From Naegleria gruberi (Eukaryota): DNA of 64,000 nucleotides. The notes beneath the pieces are model-generated. The model was not told the origin of the DNA. It saw only the letters and a program-made list of their open reading frames with translations, and searched no databases. The position numbers were made by a program, and so were the translations under genes. This document shows positions 1-11,596 of this stretch, in pieces. The stretch lies in NCBI GenBank assembly GCA_000004985.1, contig GG738885.1, one strand, 5' to 3'. Numbering within the stretch: position 1 is the first letter of the stretch; every line of letters starts with the position of its first letter.

Positions 1-60
1 AACAGGTCAATCAATGGAGTGTCAGTGACGCCTCATGTTTATACTAACTGCATCAAAAAA

Positions 61-2535
61 ATGAAAATATCGAAACAGCTGCTACAGCTTACATGCTTAC
101 TTGCTTTATTTCTTGGTGCAATATGTCTTCACTCAGTTTGTCAAATCTCCATCTTCACAACAGCCCAAACAACACAGTACACACGCTCCACACTACTCGT
201 GGATACTTCAATACACGATGTAGCCGTAAGTTCCACAACAGATGAAGTGTACTTTACTTCGTATTTAAAAGTTCAAAGATTATCAAAAAGCGGTCAATTC
301 ACAACTATAGCAATACATTACATGCATGCAGATGGCCTCGCTCTTTATTCGAATAGTATTGATGATGTTGAAGTTTTTTTCACTGATACCAACCTAATAC
401 GAAGAACGAAGAATGGTACTAACACAGATATTGCAGGAAGTTTGACAAGTGGTTATAGTGGTGATGGAGGATTGGCAATTAATGCACTGTTGGCTACCTC
501 AATGGGAGTTACCATCTCTCCTAATCGTGAAATTTACATTGCAGATACTGGCAATAGCGTTATTAGAAAGATAAATAGTACTGGCTACATTCATACTATT
601 GCAGGAACGGGAACATCTGGACACAGTGGTGATGGAGGGTTAGCAGTAAATGCCAAACTCTTTCACCCTAGGACAGTTACAGTCACCTCAGAAGGTGAAA
701 TTTTAATTGCAGATACAAGTAACCATGTTATTCGAAAGATTACAAAAGATGGGTATATTTTTACAATAGCAGGTAAACCTAGCACTTCTGGTTATGGTGG
801 CGATGGTGGATTGGCAAAGGATGCCTTATTATCGTCTCCCCAGTGTGTTAGAATAAGCCCAAGTGGTGACATTTTTATTGTTGAGTATGGGGGTGCTAGA
901 ATTCGTAAAATTAATTCTAAAGGAATAATCTCTACATTTCTAGGTACAGGACAACAGAAGTTAAGTGGTGATGGGTTAATAACAAACCAAACAACATTGA
1001 ATTACCCAGTTGCTATTGCTTTTGGATTGAATGGAATTATTTATTTTGCAGAATCTGGAGGACTTAGAAAACTAACACCGATTTGTGTGGAAGGAAGTAT
1101 TCTAATGGAGAATGGATTGTGTGAATATCAGTGTTTTGGATATACTAATCTTAATTCGAGCATTGTTTGTTCAGGTAAAGGTGAATGCATTTCATTTAAT
1201 GTATGTGAATGTAAGGAGAATTATTATGGTAGTAGTTGTGAGAAGTTCAAATGTTTTAATGTTGAAAACAATAGCTCGAATGTTTGTTCATCTCATGGAA
1301 TGTGTGTATCTCATAATAATTGCTCTTGTATTGAAGGATATCATGGTTTGAATTGTGATTTATTTGAATGTAATGGAATACCTTCAAATGATTCAAAAGT
1401 TTGTTCAGGAAAAGGAAATTGTACTTTATTTAATCAATGTTTATGTGAATTGGGTTATTTGGGAAATGACTGTCAACAATTCTATTGTAATTCCATTCTT
1501 AATGATAATTCAAGTGTTTGCTCTTCAAAGGGACTTTGTCTTTCACCAAATAATTGTTCATGTTTTGACAATTTTAGAGGAGATAATTGTGAAATGTATG
1601 ATTGTTATGGTGTTGCAAGAAATGATTCGAGTGTCTGCTCCTCTCATGGTATATGTACTTCTTTTAATAATTGTTCATGTCAAGTAGGATATTATGGAAA
1701 TAATTGTGAATTAACATCATGTTTTGGTGTTGAGAAAGTAAGCTCACATGTTTGTAATGGAAATGGAACTTGTGCATCATTTGACATGTGCAATTGCTTT
1801 GACAATAGCAGATGGTTTGGAAAAAATTGTAATTTGACTTATTGCTTTGGTAACTCATCTGATGATGTCAATGTTTGTAATTCGCATGGAGATTGTTTAA
1901 ATTATGACATTTGTCACTGTAGACCTCACTATATTGGTAATCAGTGTCAATTCAGATTCAATTCTCAACAAATGAATTTTACATTCAATAGTTCAATTGA
2001 TTATTTGGAAGATATCACGACAATTTTACTTCTCTCCATTCAAGATTTACAATTTATTGATTATTATTCAAGAAAGAAGATTGATTTCAATGTCACTTTC
2101 TTTCTTAATAACCAATTTTTATGGAATCAAGTTACACAAGAAGAATTGCGTTCACCTTTAAGTTTCTCGCTTCCATCTTCTCTTTCTAATGGTTCTCTAT
2201 TGGCTTCAATTACTTTGAGTTTTAATTCAACTTTAATTTCATTAGAAACTGTCACATTATCTCCTCTATTAATAATCCGAAAAGAGAAAGCATCAGTATC
2301 AAATTCAATTCCTTTACCAAAGACATCCATTTCACAACCGAAAAAGGATAACGAAGCAATTTCTTCCACATCTGAAAACACTACTGGAATAATTGTTGTT
2401 GCTGTTGTTGTACCAGTGGTCACTTTAGGTGCTTTAGGCGTGGGAATCGCTGTTATTGTGTTAGTTGTTATTTTAATGAAGAAGAAAGCAGCCACAAGCA
2501 TGGTCGCAAATACTAATAATTTTGAAATGAAGTGA
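61..2535 (+). CDS. Type I membrane protein with N-terminal NHL repeats and about eight EGF-like cysteine repeats (teneurin/tenascin-like architecture)
   Basis: The ORF at 19..2535 begins on GTG; the first in-frame ATG is at 61 and sits on an A-run. A hydrophobic signal peptide (MKISKQLLQLTCLLALFLGA) follows. Five to six repeats of the form GxSGxSGDGGLA(x)A.L match NHL repeats. They are followed by repeated CxxxGxCxxxxxCxCxxGYxGxxCE units (EGF/tenascin type), a C-terminal TM helix (IIVVAVVVPVVTLGALGVGIAVIVLVVILM) and a short basic tail. Confidence 0.7.
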   Translation: MKISKQLLQLTCLLALFLGAICLHSVCQISIFTTAQTTQYTRSTLLVDTSIHDVAVSSTTDEVYFTSYLKVQRLSKSGQFTTIAIHYMHADGLALYSNSIDDVEVFFTDTNLIRRTKNGTNTDIAGSLTSGYSGDGGLAINALLATSMGVTISPNREIYIADTGNSVIRKINSTGYIHTIAGTGTSGHSGDGGLAVNAKLFHPRTVTVTSEGEILIADTSNHVIRKITKDGYIFTIAGKPSTSGYGGDGGLAKDALLSSPQCVRISPSGDIFIVEYGGARIRKINSKGIISTFLGTGQQKLSGDGLITNQTTLNYPVAIAFGLNGIIYFAESGGLRKLTPICVEGSILMENGLCEYQCFGYTNLNSSIVCSGKGECISFNVCECKENYYGSSCEKFKCFNVENNSSNVCSSHGMCVSHNNCSCIEGYHGLNCDLFECNGIPSNDSKVCSGKGNCTLFNQCLCELGYLGNDCQQFYCNSILNDNSSVCSSKGLCLSPNNCSCFDNFRGDNCEMYDCYGVARNDSSVCSSHGICTSFNNCSCQVGYYGNNCELTSCFGVEKVSSHVCNGNGTCASFDMCNCFDNSRWFGKNCNLTYCFGNSSDDVNVCNSHGDCLNYDICHCRPHYIGNQCQFRFNSQQMNFTFNSSIDYLEDITTILLLSIQDLQFIDYYSRKKIDFNVTFFLNNQFLWNQVTQEELRSPLSFSLPSSLSNGSLLASITLSFNSTLISLETVTLSPLLIIRKEKASVSNSIPLPKTSISQPKKDNEAISSTSENTTGIIVVAVVVPVVTLGALGVGIAVIVLVVILMKKKAATSMVANTNNFEMK

Positions 2536-2700
2536 TGTCAGAAATAAAGTTTAGAATATATTTAATCACTCGTACACCAATTGATGATCCCATTTATTGA
2601 CATTGAGTTAGAGAGACCTTCGAATATACATGGAATATCTTCTAGAAGGTAGGAACAGATTTATGTTAATTTGGCTATTTTATTTTGTTATGATACAATA

Positions 2701-4383
2701 TTAATTCTTTGATTTGAATGCAGAAGATCCGAGAGCCTTATCTCCTCTCTTAATTCCAGTATTGGCAACAATAATGTCAGAAAGAGTAACTCTCTCAATG
2801 GACTTTCTGAGTTGTTTAACCCAAGATTCCTTTCTGTGAGTGTAGAAACATGGATCACCCTTAATCAACTTTAAGAATTGATCCTTAACAATCTTGGTTC
2901 CTAATTTACCCAACATTGAATCTCTGGATTTTGGTTCCATCAAAATACCGAGCCAAGGATCCAAATCGCTCAATTCTTCACCATAGTATTGAACTAGTTT
3001 TTGCTTGAGTTCAGAATTGGAATTGGAAATTTCAGTGGCTGTCAATTTCTTGAGTCCAAGTTGACTTCTCAAATCATTGAATGAGGCAATACCACAATCA
3101 CGAGATCTTTGCAAATTGAAGGCAGCCAAATCAAATCTGACATTAGGTCCAAACAAGAAATCTCTTAAACCATCAGCAACCTTTTCATCAAGATTTTGTT
3201 GAGCATGTTTACACAAACCTCTCAAAATAAGATCCAATTCTTCCTTACTATTCTTGAAACGATTGAAACCATTAAAAGCATCCTTAAATTCAACTCTTTC
3301 TTTCTCAATACCATTTTCGTCAATTCTCTTCAAGAAACATGAAACAAGAGAGTGACCAAAACGATAGGCAACAGTAGCGAATTCTGTACTTGGTGTCACT
3401 TGAACATCTGGATTGAATTTGACCTTTTTTGGATTAAAAGAATGAGATTTACCAATCAATGCTGGAACATATTCCTTATAAGTGATGGATTGAATTTGTG
3501 CACAATTGATGGCTCTAGCTGTTTGATATAACCATTCATCATATTTTGGACTCTTTGCATCAGATTTACAGACATTGAATCTCTTTGCAAGAAGTCTGGC
3601 CAATCTGTTGTGCTCTCTCAAGAATAAGGTTTGAATTGAGGTGATAGGCAATGCCTCAGTTACTCTATCATCACCTGCTACGATACTTTGGTTTCTGCCA
3701 CCAGAGAAGAATAATCCATTAGTATGAGGGAATGCAGAAGGAAGGAACTCTAAACCAAACTTTTCATCATATTTTAAAAGACCTCCTTTGAGTAATCTCA
3801 ATGCTCTTCCCTTAATTGGATCACTTCCGTAAATTTGTGAACAATCCAAGTAACCAGTAATTTGATTGACTTGATTCAATGGTTGACCAATGAAAATTTG
3901 TTTCTCACTTGCAAAATTGGCTCTAGTGAATGGCATAGTTGGAGTGGTAAATCTATCTCCAGGTGGAATTGGAATTGGGAATGATTCAGTATTGATACCA
4001 GTTCCAATTGAATCAATATCGTGATCAATGAATTGGGCAAAGGCATAAAACATTGAACTCAAACCATACTTGTTAGAATCGTCACACTTTTCTTGTTTAC
4101 AGAATACATTACTGATTTCTCTGGCAGAGTACTTTTGTCTTGGTGGGACTTTAATACCATCAGTGTAAGCAGCTTTGGTAAGTCTTGGGAATGGCTCGCC
4201 AGTTGAACCCCAAGTTGGGTGCTTCTTATTCACTCCAACTCCATCATAGGTATAACAAGATTGTTTTACTGGCTTGGTCAACTTTTTGAGATCTTTGAGT
4301 GAAATTTCTCTTGACAAAACGTAGACCATGCACTGAAGTAGCAACAGGACAACAAAAAGAGAAAGGGTCAACTTGTTGTTCAT
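2701..4383 (-). CDS. Secreted animal-type heme peroxidase (peroxinectin/peroxidasin family)
   Basis: The motifs FAQFIDHDI (distal His), RFGHSLV (proximal His) and the calcium-site region LTxAAYxDG are those of animal heme peroxidases. The first ATG with a signal peptide (MNNKLTLSLFVVLLLLQC) is at 4383; the ORF-track extension to 4509 precedes it. The gene is convergent with the NHL/EGF gene. Confidence 0.8.
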   Translation of the reverse strand: MNNKLTLSLFVVLLLLQCMVYVLSREISLKDLKKLTKPVKQSCYTYDGVGVNKKHPTWGSTGEPFPRLTKAAYTDGIKVPPRQKYSAREISNVFCKQEKCDDSNKYGLSSMFYAFAQFIDHDIDSIGTGINTESFPIPIPPGDRFTTPTMPFTRANFASEKQIFIGQPLNQVNQITGYLDCSQIYGSDPIKGRALRLLKGGLLKYDEKFGLEFLPSAFPHTNGLFFSGGRNQSIVAGDDRVTEALPITSIQTLFLREHNRLARLLAKRFNVCKSDAKSPKYDEWLYQTARAINCAQIQSITYKEYVPALIGKSHSFNPKKVKFNPDVQVTPSTEFATVAYRFGHSLVSCFLKRIDENGIEKERVEFKDAFNGFNRFKNSKEELDLILRGLCKHAQQNLDEKVADGLRDFLFGPNVRFDLAAFNLQRSRDCGIASFNDLRSQLGLKKLTATEISNSNSELKQKLVQYYGEELSDLDPWLGILMEPKSRDSMLGKLGTKIVKDQFLKLIKGDPCFYTHRKESWVKQLRKSIERVTLSDIIVANTGIKRGDKALGSSAFKSKN

Positions 4384-4702
4384 TTTGTTTTTTTGTTTTG
4401 ATTGTCTAAATGAGTGGAGTTGTAACTTGAATTTTAAATGGCATTGGAAAAGATTTGGGTGCTCATCACATCTATTAACTGTCTCTCCAAATTTCAAACT
4501 TGGAAACAAATGGAGAATTTGATGAAGTTATCAATTTATTGTGATGTTAGACATAAAACAAGGCCTAATTTGATCTATTGAGAAAATTTGTTGATTGTAT
4601 TCAAAAGAAACCAAAATTGAATGTATCACTCTCACCAAATCAGAATGTCTGTAATCTACTGTAGATCAAATGGTTAAACAAGTCATGATTCACTAAATTT
4701 AC

Positions 4703-6256
4703 TCATTGACTATGTTGATGCTCACTTGTATCTTCAGTATCATCAATATCGACCACAAGTTCCTCTTCAAAGACATGATCATCTCTCTCGTCCACCAATT
4801 TAGTGTGTGGATGAGTTTTTCTCCAAACACAATAACCAAAAACGGTTAAAATAATAATGACTCCAGCCAATCCAATGCACAGGACAACGACCAAGATGTT
4901 AACCCAGAGTGACTCATTCTCCACAATAGAAACTGTCTTACTCACCACAATGTAATTGTCCATCATGATTACAATTTGAGCTCCAGAGCTTGGTGAAGAA
5001 GCAACACAGAGTACAGTTCCAGATCCATAACTATCTTTAGGAGAAGTGCAGTTGAGATCAGTGTCAGGACTCACGAATGACAACTTTTTCAAATCGAGTA
5101 CTGGGGTAATAGTTCCATCATTATCATAGATGGTGTACTTGATCTTGAATTCAGAATTTACAATTACTGTAGCTGGTACAATTTCAAAAGATCCTCTGGA
5201 TGCCATTTTAACAACGAGTGCAGAAGGTGCTGTAATGTCAGCAATAGCATTTCCATGCATGGCTGTGCTTGGAACAAATTTTAACACAAGTGTCACAACT
5301 CCAGAACCAACAGGAGTGAATTTGACAACACCAATTCCATCAACAACTGGTACTTCAGGTTGATTTCTGTAATTTGTAACAGAAAGAGATCCCTGAATCC
5401 AAGTATCAACCAATGAAAATCTATTCTTGAATGCAACTGTGAATGTAATGGGATTTCCAGCATAGAATTTACTCCAATCACCAAACTTTGAAGCAGAAAC
5501 CTCAATTGAAGAGAATGGAGGAATGACACACGACATCTGAATATTAAACCTCACATCAGTAGTATTGACAACACTCTTTGCAATAAGATATACTCTTCCT
5601 CCATCTCTTGGAAATCTCACTGGTGGCTTTGAATCGGAGACACAATTATGAGCTTCACTTCCACCACTCTTCAGAGTGCTATAATCAAAACCTTGTCCTC
5701 TAATTGCCTTCTTCTTATTATCCTCATCCACCAGATAGTACTTGAATGGAGGTAAATCATCATCAATTGTTTCAATATTTATGAGTCCTACACTTGCAAC
5801 CTGACTGTATTTTCCACACGTTTCCAACGAGGCAAGAATAACAATTTCATCACTCTTCAATTGTCTTGGACACATACTTAGTTGGTTATTGCAGACACAA
5901 TTAGGGCATGAGCATTGTTCATCAGTGTAGATATTTCTATTCTCCACCCTGTCTATTGAGGATGATATTTCGGAGGACCAATAATGACTATGAGAAACCA
6001 CCGTTACATAATTCGATGAAGGAGTCGCTAGGGATAGTATTGTTCTTGTTTGAATTAAGAGAATTATTAGTAATATTGTAAATAATGGCCATTTCTTAGA
6101 TTGAGATTGGTTGATTCCTAGTTGTTGTTGTTCATGATGATTGTTATTCTGATGAATATTACTCCTCATATTCGTGTTATTAACGTAACTGCTGCAGTTG
6201 ATGCTACAGTATTCAACCTGTCTAGTACTTGTTGAAGAAAACCTCAAAACCATCAT
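4703..6256 (-). CDS. Hypothetical type I membrane glycoprotein (N-terminal signal/anchor, Cys-rich module, beta-rich ectodomain, single C-terminal TM, acidic tail)
   Basis: A long ORF starts with ATGATG immediately after an in-frame TGA. A hydrophobic segment (WPLFTILLIILLIQ) lies near the N-terminus. The motif CSCPNCVCNNQLSMCP and many N-glycosylation sequons are present. The C-terminal TM (VNILVVVLCIGLAGVIIILTVFGYCVW) is followed by a D/E-rich tail. I recognise no family for it. Confidence 0.5.
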   Translation of the reverse strand: MMVLRFSSTSTRQVEYCSINCSSYVNNTNMRSNIHQNNNHHEQQQLGINQSQSKKWPLFTILLIILLIQTRTILSLATPSSNYVTVVSHSHYWSSEISSSIDRVENRNIYTDEQCSCPNCVCNNQLSMCPRQLKSDEIVILASLETCGKYSQVASVGLINIETIDDDLPPFKYYLVDEDNKKKAIRGQGFDYSTLKSGGSEAHNCVSDSKPPVRFPRDGGRVYLIAKSVVNTTDVRFNIQMSCVIPPFSSIEVSASKFGDWSKFYAGNPITFTVAFKNRFSLVDTWIQGSLSVTNYRNQPEVPVVDGIGVVKFTPVGSGVVTLVLKFVPSTAMHGNAIADITAPSALVVKMASRGSFEIVPATVIVNSEFKIKYTIYDNDGTITPVLDLKKLSFVSPDTDLNCTSPKDSYGSGTVLCVASSPSSGAQIVIMMDNYIVVSKTVSIVENESLWVNILVVVLCIGLAGVIIILTVFGYCVWRKTHPHTKLVDERDDHVFEEELVVDIDDTEDTSEHQHSQ

Positions 6257-6952
6257 TAAGGTTCAAATAAGGATTTCTTAAGGTTGTTTTTGTGTGAATT
6301 TTTTGTAATTTGTTTCACTAAAGCCAAACAGGAAAGATTCCCAATTAGTGTGTGGACTCTAAAAAATCGTTGTGAAAGAATGGAGCCGTTACGTTATTGG
6401 TTGAGATTAAGCGAGCCCATAAGAAGATTCTAAAAAGTATCTGAAGAATATTTGTGGCTGATTGAAAAGGAAGGTTGTATGTTTGTGTTTGGAGGTTCCC
6501 TGCATTGGATGTGTTGGAAAAGAAGGATCTTTTCTGAATGGTGTTGTTTGTGTAGTAAGGTGCAAAGTATTGTACAGATATTCAATAAATTGGTTGTAAA
6601 ATATGACGCTTATACGTAAGCAGACTGGCGAAGAATCGAATAGAAGTATGGATTTTAGATGCTAAGAAGGGAGGGATTGAAAAGACTTGATGCCAGATTG
6701 AATCCTTAGCAGAGAGGACTTCCAAGAATTTTTAACTTACCTCATCCATGGAAACTGCACTTTCCACCACCCAATGAATGGTCAACAAGAACTTACCCAT
6801 TGAAATTCTTGAAACATTCTCAACAAGAATAAATACTTGCGGTCGCAAGAATGTACAATCCAAAAGTGCGACTCCACTTCGCAACCATCATTTCCAAATA
6901 AATAGTAGAGACTAACCAAAGCAAGACACAAAAACAAATTCAAGCAAAAAAA

Positions 6953-8008
6953 ATGTCTACTCCAACAATTCCTTCCACTCAAAAAGCTTACAAATGGTCG
7001 CAATTCACTGGAATTGAGAATCTTGTCTTGCATTCCAATGAAAAAATCGAAAAGCCACAAAGAAAACAAGTTCTCGTTCGTTTACATGCAGCCAGTTTGA
7101 ATTATAGAGATTATTTGGTAGCTACTGGTACTTATCTTGCTCCATGTAGTGCTGGATTGATTCCACTCTCAGATGGTGCTGGTGAAATTGTCCAAGTTGG
7201 TCAAGATGTTACTCAATTCAAAGTTGGTGATCGTGTTGCTGGAACCTTCTTTGAAAATTGGCAAGATGGTGAAGTTAACGATCATGCAATTTCTCGTTCT
7301 TTAGGTGGTGGTTCTGTTCCAGGAGTTTTACAACAATACAGAGTATTTGAAGAGGATGGTTTAGTCAAGATTCCAAACTATTTAACTTATGAACAAGCTT
7401 CAACACTTCCATGTGCTGCATTGACTGCATGGGTTGCTCTAGTTGAAAATGGACTTGATAAGGTTGGTCCTAACAGTACAGTCTTGATTATTGGAACAGG
7501 TGGTGTTTCATTGTTTGGTTTACAATTTGCAATTTCTGCTGGAGCCAAGACAATTGTTTTATCTTCAAGTGATGAGAAATTGGAGAAGGCCAAAGCTTTG
7601 GGAGCAACTCATTTGGTCAACTATAGAAAACATCCAGATTGGCATGTTCAAGTTAAAGAACTCACTAATGGAAGAGGTGTTGATCATGTTGTTGAAGTTG
7701 GTGGTGATGGAACCTTGTTTAGATCTTTGAATTCAGTTAGAAAGGGGGGTCATGTTCATATGATTGGTGTTCTTTCAAAGGCTCAAGATCATAATAATCT
7801 TGCTGGAGTATTACTTTCTAATTTGATTAATTTGAAAGGAATATTTGTTGGTTCTCGCGGATCATTCGAAAGAATGAACAGAGCTTTCGAACAACATGCT
7901 ATTCAACCTGTTATTGATAGTGTGTTTGAGTTTGAAAAGGCTAAGGAAGCTTTGGAATATTTGGCAAGTGGAAAACATTTCGGCAAGATTGTTATCAAGA
8001 TTGATTAA
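6953..8008 (+). CDS. Medium-chain dehydrogenase/reductase (zinc-binding alcohol dehydrogenase / quinone oxidoreductase-like)
   Basis: The Rossmann motif GTGGVSLFGLQFAISAGA is present, and the layout is a GroES-like N-domain followed by an NAD(P)-binding domain. The ATG at 6953 sits on an A-run. The gene is a single exon. Confidence 0.8.
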   Translation: MSTPTIPSTQKAYKWSQFTGIENLVLHSNEKIEKPQRKQVLVRLHAASLNYRDYLVATGTYLAPCSAGLIPLSDGAGEIVQVGQDVTQFKVGDRVAGTFFENWQDGEVNDHAISRSLGGGSVPGVLQQYRVFEEDGLVKIPNYLTYEQASTLPCAALTAWVALVENGLDKVGPNSTVLIIGTGGVSLFGLQFAISAGAKTIVLSSSDEKLEKAKALGATHLVNYRKHPDWHVQVKELTNGRGVDHVVEVGGDGTLFRSLNSVRKGGHVHMIGVLSKAQDHNNLAGVLLSNLINLKGIFVGSRGSFERMNRAFEQHAIQPVIDSVFEFEKAKEALEYLASGKHFGKIVIKID

Positions 8009-8089
8009 TTGTAAATAAATTGTAAGATTGTTAAATGTAGGCTAGTTCAATAGAATTGAAATGAATTGGTAGTATCTTTAATAATTCGA

Positions 8090-11000
8090 CTAGTTGGCCT
8101 GTTTATCTAAAATCATTTTGTGGAAAATATCTTTCTTTGTTTTTCCACTTGTTGGTAAGAGCCAAGAGAGATCATAATGTTTTTCATCATTCAAGGATTT
8201 GCTCTCCAAAATAGTTAGCATGGCAATTTCGTATGCTGTGAGGCCATAAGCATTGATCAGGTCCTTGTCAGCCCCATATTTTTCGACTAACACCTTTCCC
8301 ACGGTGAATAAGGAAGGGAATGGTAAATAGGCAATCACATGTAGCACAGTATTGAGATCATTATTAAGAACATTGACAATCTTTGGTTGCTTTTCAATAA
8401 TTTTTTCGTAAAGTTCGATATTTGTAATTGTTTGCTCGCTAATAATATGTAAACAAGTATTTCCCCAACTATCTTGATACAATAATTGTGATGATGTCAT
8501 TACATCAATAGCATACAGTACTAAAATCTCAGATCCAACACAAGAACACAGTAGATCCAAAATATTTGTAGTTTGGTCTCTTAATTTGTCTTCAATACAA
8601 TTTTCATCAAGGATGGATGAATCAATTTTGGTTTCTAAGTCTGTAATCCCTTTGTGATAAATGATTTTCAATAGTTCTTTTCTTCTTTCGATCTTTGTTT
8701 CATATTCAAACATAGTACCATAAGAATCCTCAATCACTGCTGCCATGTTGTTAACCCGACTGACTTTAGATTTCAAATTACTTGTAGAGAATGGTTTGAT
8801 AAATAGTTCATTGAAGTTACTGAAGCAGTGTTGGGCTAAGGTAAGGCAAGCCTCTACCAAACTAAACTCTTTTGCACATACCAACAAAGCGATATAAGAG
8901 GAGATCTTATCCAAATTAAATGTAGATTTTTGGTGTTGGTAATATGTATGCTGTTTTGGTTTTGAGATATATGTAAAGAAGAGCTGGAGAGTTCTTCTTG
9001 TTCTTTCATGTGAGAGATTAGATACTGTATCACAAGCCCATCTTTCTGCTTCTTCAATAATGTCCTTTTCGGTGCAAATATTTAAATGGTGATCTAGATA
9101 ATAGATGAATAAGTCCATGTCTGCATTTTCATAAAACAATTTTGCCAAGAACAATTTGGTAAAAACTGAACTATGAGAAGATACTGGAATGTGAGTTCTT
9201 ACACATTTGTGTGCAATTGCAGCGAAACATGCTTTTTCAAATTCTTGAGGATTTGAAATTAAATCAAGACCTAAATAAATATCACAAAAAAGTTTCTCAT
9301 GAGTTAAAGGGGTACTATAAGCTCTTGCGTTTTTGAGTATTGGATTCTTTGAGTGTTTCCTTCTAAATATTAAGTATTCTTCAAGTGCTCTTGTATCTTC
9401 AGAATAGGAATTAAAAGAGTCAATAAAGTATGATTCTTTAAATCCCCTTTCAAGAAAATAATCTATGATTTCTTTTTTTTCTTGAAGTTGAGATTTAGAT
9501 TCGAAAATAGCAATGACAAAGGTTGGATAGTGAAGTAAGTCAATTTCCAACTCTTTCTCTAAAGACTCAATATTATGAGATTCAAATTCTCTAATTGAGG
9601 AAAAGCAAATACTCAAACAACCTTCCCCTAAAGTTGTATTTTCAAATAAAGGATTAGTATCGACAGTTTCTGCATCAACTACTTCTTCATTATACCCCAT
9701 TGTTGTCAAAGGGCAACTTTGTGCCTTGAAAATAATCTTCTCCAAGTCATATGATAATGATTGTCTAATGTCTTTGAATTGAATTGAAGAAGTAGTATTT
9801 TGGAATGTATTCATTGGAGTATAATGTATATTTGGGCACAAGATAGATGCTCTTATTTCTTTTACATTTGGGAAATGTGTACAGATCAATTCAATTTCAT
9901 CCATTATCCCGTAAGCATCACGATGAAGATGAACATCAATCTTTTGTACATTATTTTCAAGTGAGGAAATAACTGCTGTTTTGACACTTTCTCTAAAATC
10001 AACTTGTTTCTTTGTAAACAAAGCCAAATTATCATGATCATTTACGCCTACTCTTCGTACATGTCTAGAGTTTTTTATACATTCAAAAAGTGAACTGAGG
10101 CCAAAATTAACAAATGTTATTTCCTCTAAGCCATTCTTTTTGAAATTCTTGGAGAGTAATAAATCTTCATCCAAATTTTGGGGAATTTCTTTTCCATTTT
10201 CAAGCAGCAAGTGTAAAATAAGATTGTTATATATATTTCCTTCAGACGAAATTGTCAAAGATTTAAAAAGTGTGATATTATCATCATAAATTGAACTAAA
10301 CAGTTCAGGCAGTGCTTTTTTCAATTTTCTACGAATCAAAATACTGTAATATCTCTCCTTTCCAGCAGCCGGTGAAAGAGGTTTAATGGAGGGGATAATT
10401 TCTGGAAGCTTTCCATTTGGAAACAAAGTTTCTAATTGCCTAAAGGTTGTTTTTTCAAGTGAATCATTTATCATCTCAAGGGACATGTCTCCATGTGGAA
10501 TGCCTTTCACTGTGTCAGTACATGTTACAGCATGGAACTTACCTTTGAAATCTAACGATTTGTTTTGTAATGCTATTTTTTTGTATTCTTTCTTCTGATT
10601 CTCTCTATCTGATCTAGAGATTATATAGTCAAAATTATGTCTTCCATAGTTAAGATCTTGGAGTTCAAAATATTTTACAATATCCTCCTCAGTTTGAGGT
10701 GCTATTTCAGTATCTTTTGGTATATACTCTGGCTCAACGAATATACCACCAAACTCTTCTGTATCTTCATTCTGAACTATTTGTTTTTCTTCCTGTTTGT
10801 CCTTGTCTTGATCTTCAAGTTCGAGATCAGTTTTATCAGAATGAAAGAAAGCTATGCTAGAATTAAAATAGAGTGTCCCTCCTACAAAGTAATGAGTGAC
10901 CAAATTATTCATCTCTGCACAACAGGAACGTAAACATGAATGAATTTTTGAAAAGTCTTGGTAAATATTGATATTCTCAACATCTTTGGTCCTACCCAAA

Positions 11001-11596
11001 ACATACTTTCTTTTGGAATTGATAAATGAAAGTAAATAAGCTGTTTTAACCAAATTTTCAAGCTGTTTTGGTGTTTGGCCCATACTAAATACCTTTGCCA
11101 AGTTGAGTGAATCTAATTCCATCAACTTTTTTTGCATTCTATTATTAAACTCTTTGGAGATAATTCTGTACTTGTGATATGAAACAAATGCAGAGTCTTT
11201 CACATTACAATCAATTGAAAAATCATCAGGAAACAATTCACTCCACTGCTGATTTTCATATTGTCTCACAATTCTGGAAGTTGAAGGAATCATTGAAATA
11301 ATTCTAAACTTTAAATCGAATGATAATTTCCCTCTAATTAATTCAAGCAAGGATGGATCAGCTATTGTTTCCTCCACCGATTCCTCATCTTGCTTGTTCT
11401 GAGAAGATTGCTCTTTTCTTTGATATTGGTTGATCCAAATTCTACCCAAAGGACTCAATTTTCCTCCTTCTTCAGCATGGAAATCATAGGTTGATCGGTA
11501 GGAATCTTTGGACTATGAATTGTTAAAATCACTAGTACACCATATAATATTATTTACCTTTTCCGAAACTTTTGGAAACTTTCCATTGCCATTCAT
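8090..11596 (-). CDS. Large hypothetical protein with C-terminal ankyrin repeats (two exons)
   Basis: The 1122-aa ORF begins on TTG. Upstream in the same frame, the exon MNGNGKFPKVSEK (ATG at 11596) joins through a 45-nt GTAAAT...TCATAG intron (11513..11557) to SKDSYRSTYDF... The C-terminus carries ANK-like units (GNTCLHIISEQ, LNTVLHVIAY, GADKDLINAYGLTAYEIA). Its function is unknown. Confidence 0.55.

Noticed and set aside
19-60. ORF-track N-terminal extensions beginning with M at non-ATG codons (e.g. 19, 4509, 11458, 30776, 44099, 50717, 57188)
   Set aside because: The sequence shows GTG/TTG at these positions. True starts are downstream ATGs (61, 4383, 44135) or upstream spliced exons (11596, 30881, 50952, 56982).
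1112-1858. Short ORFs nested in or antisense to the NHL/EGF gene (1112..1351, 1355..1687, 1664..1858) and similar nested ORFs elsewhere (e.g. 5130..5363, 7387..7593, 57916..58551, 59104..59907)
   Set aside because: They overlap well-supported long CDSs in other frames. They have no start context or homology and are typical six-frame noise in AT-rich DNA.
4703-6256. Possible HAP2/GCS1-like gamete fusogen (type I topology, Cys-rich ectodomain, RGQGF segment)
   Set aside because: The ectodomain (about 400 aa) is shorter than known HAP2 proteins. I cannot place the diagnostic HAP2-GCS1 domain from memory, so the idea is kept only as an untested one.
6745-6760. ATGGATGAG + GTAAGT on the minus strand as a first coding exon of the 4703..6256 gene
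   Set aside because: An in-frame TGA lies immediately upstream of the ATGATG start at 6256. No acceptor can join the frames, so this is more likely a UTR feature.
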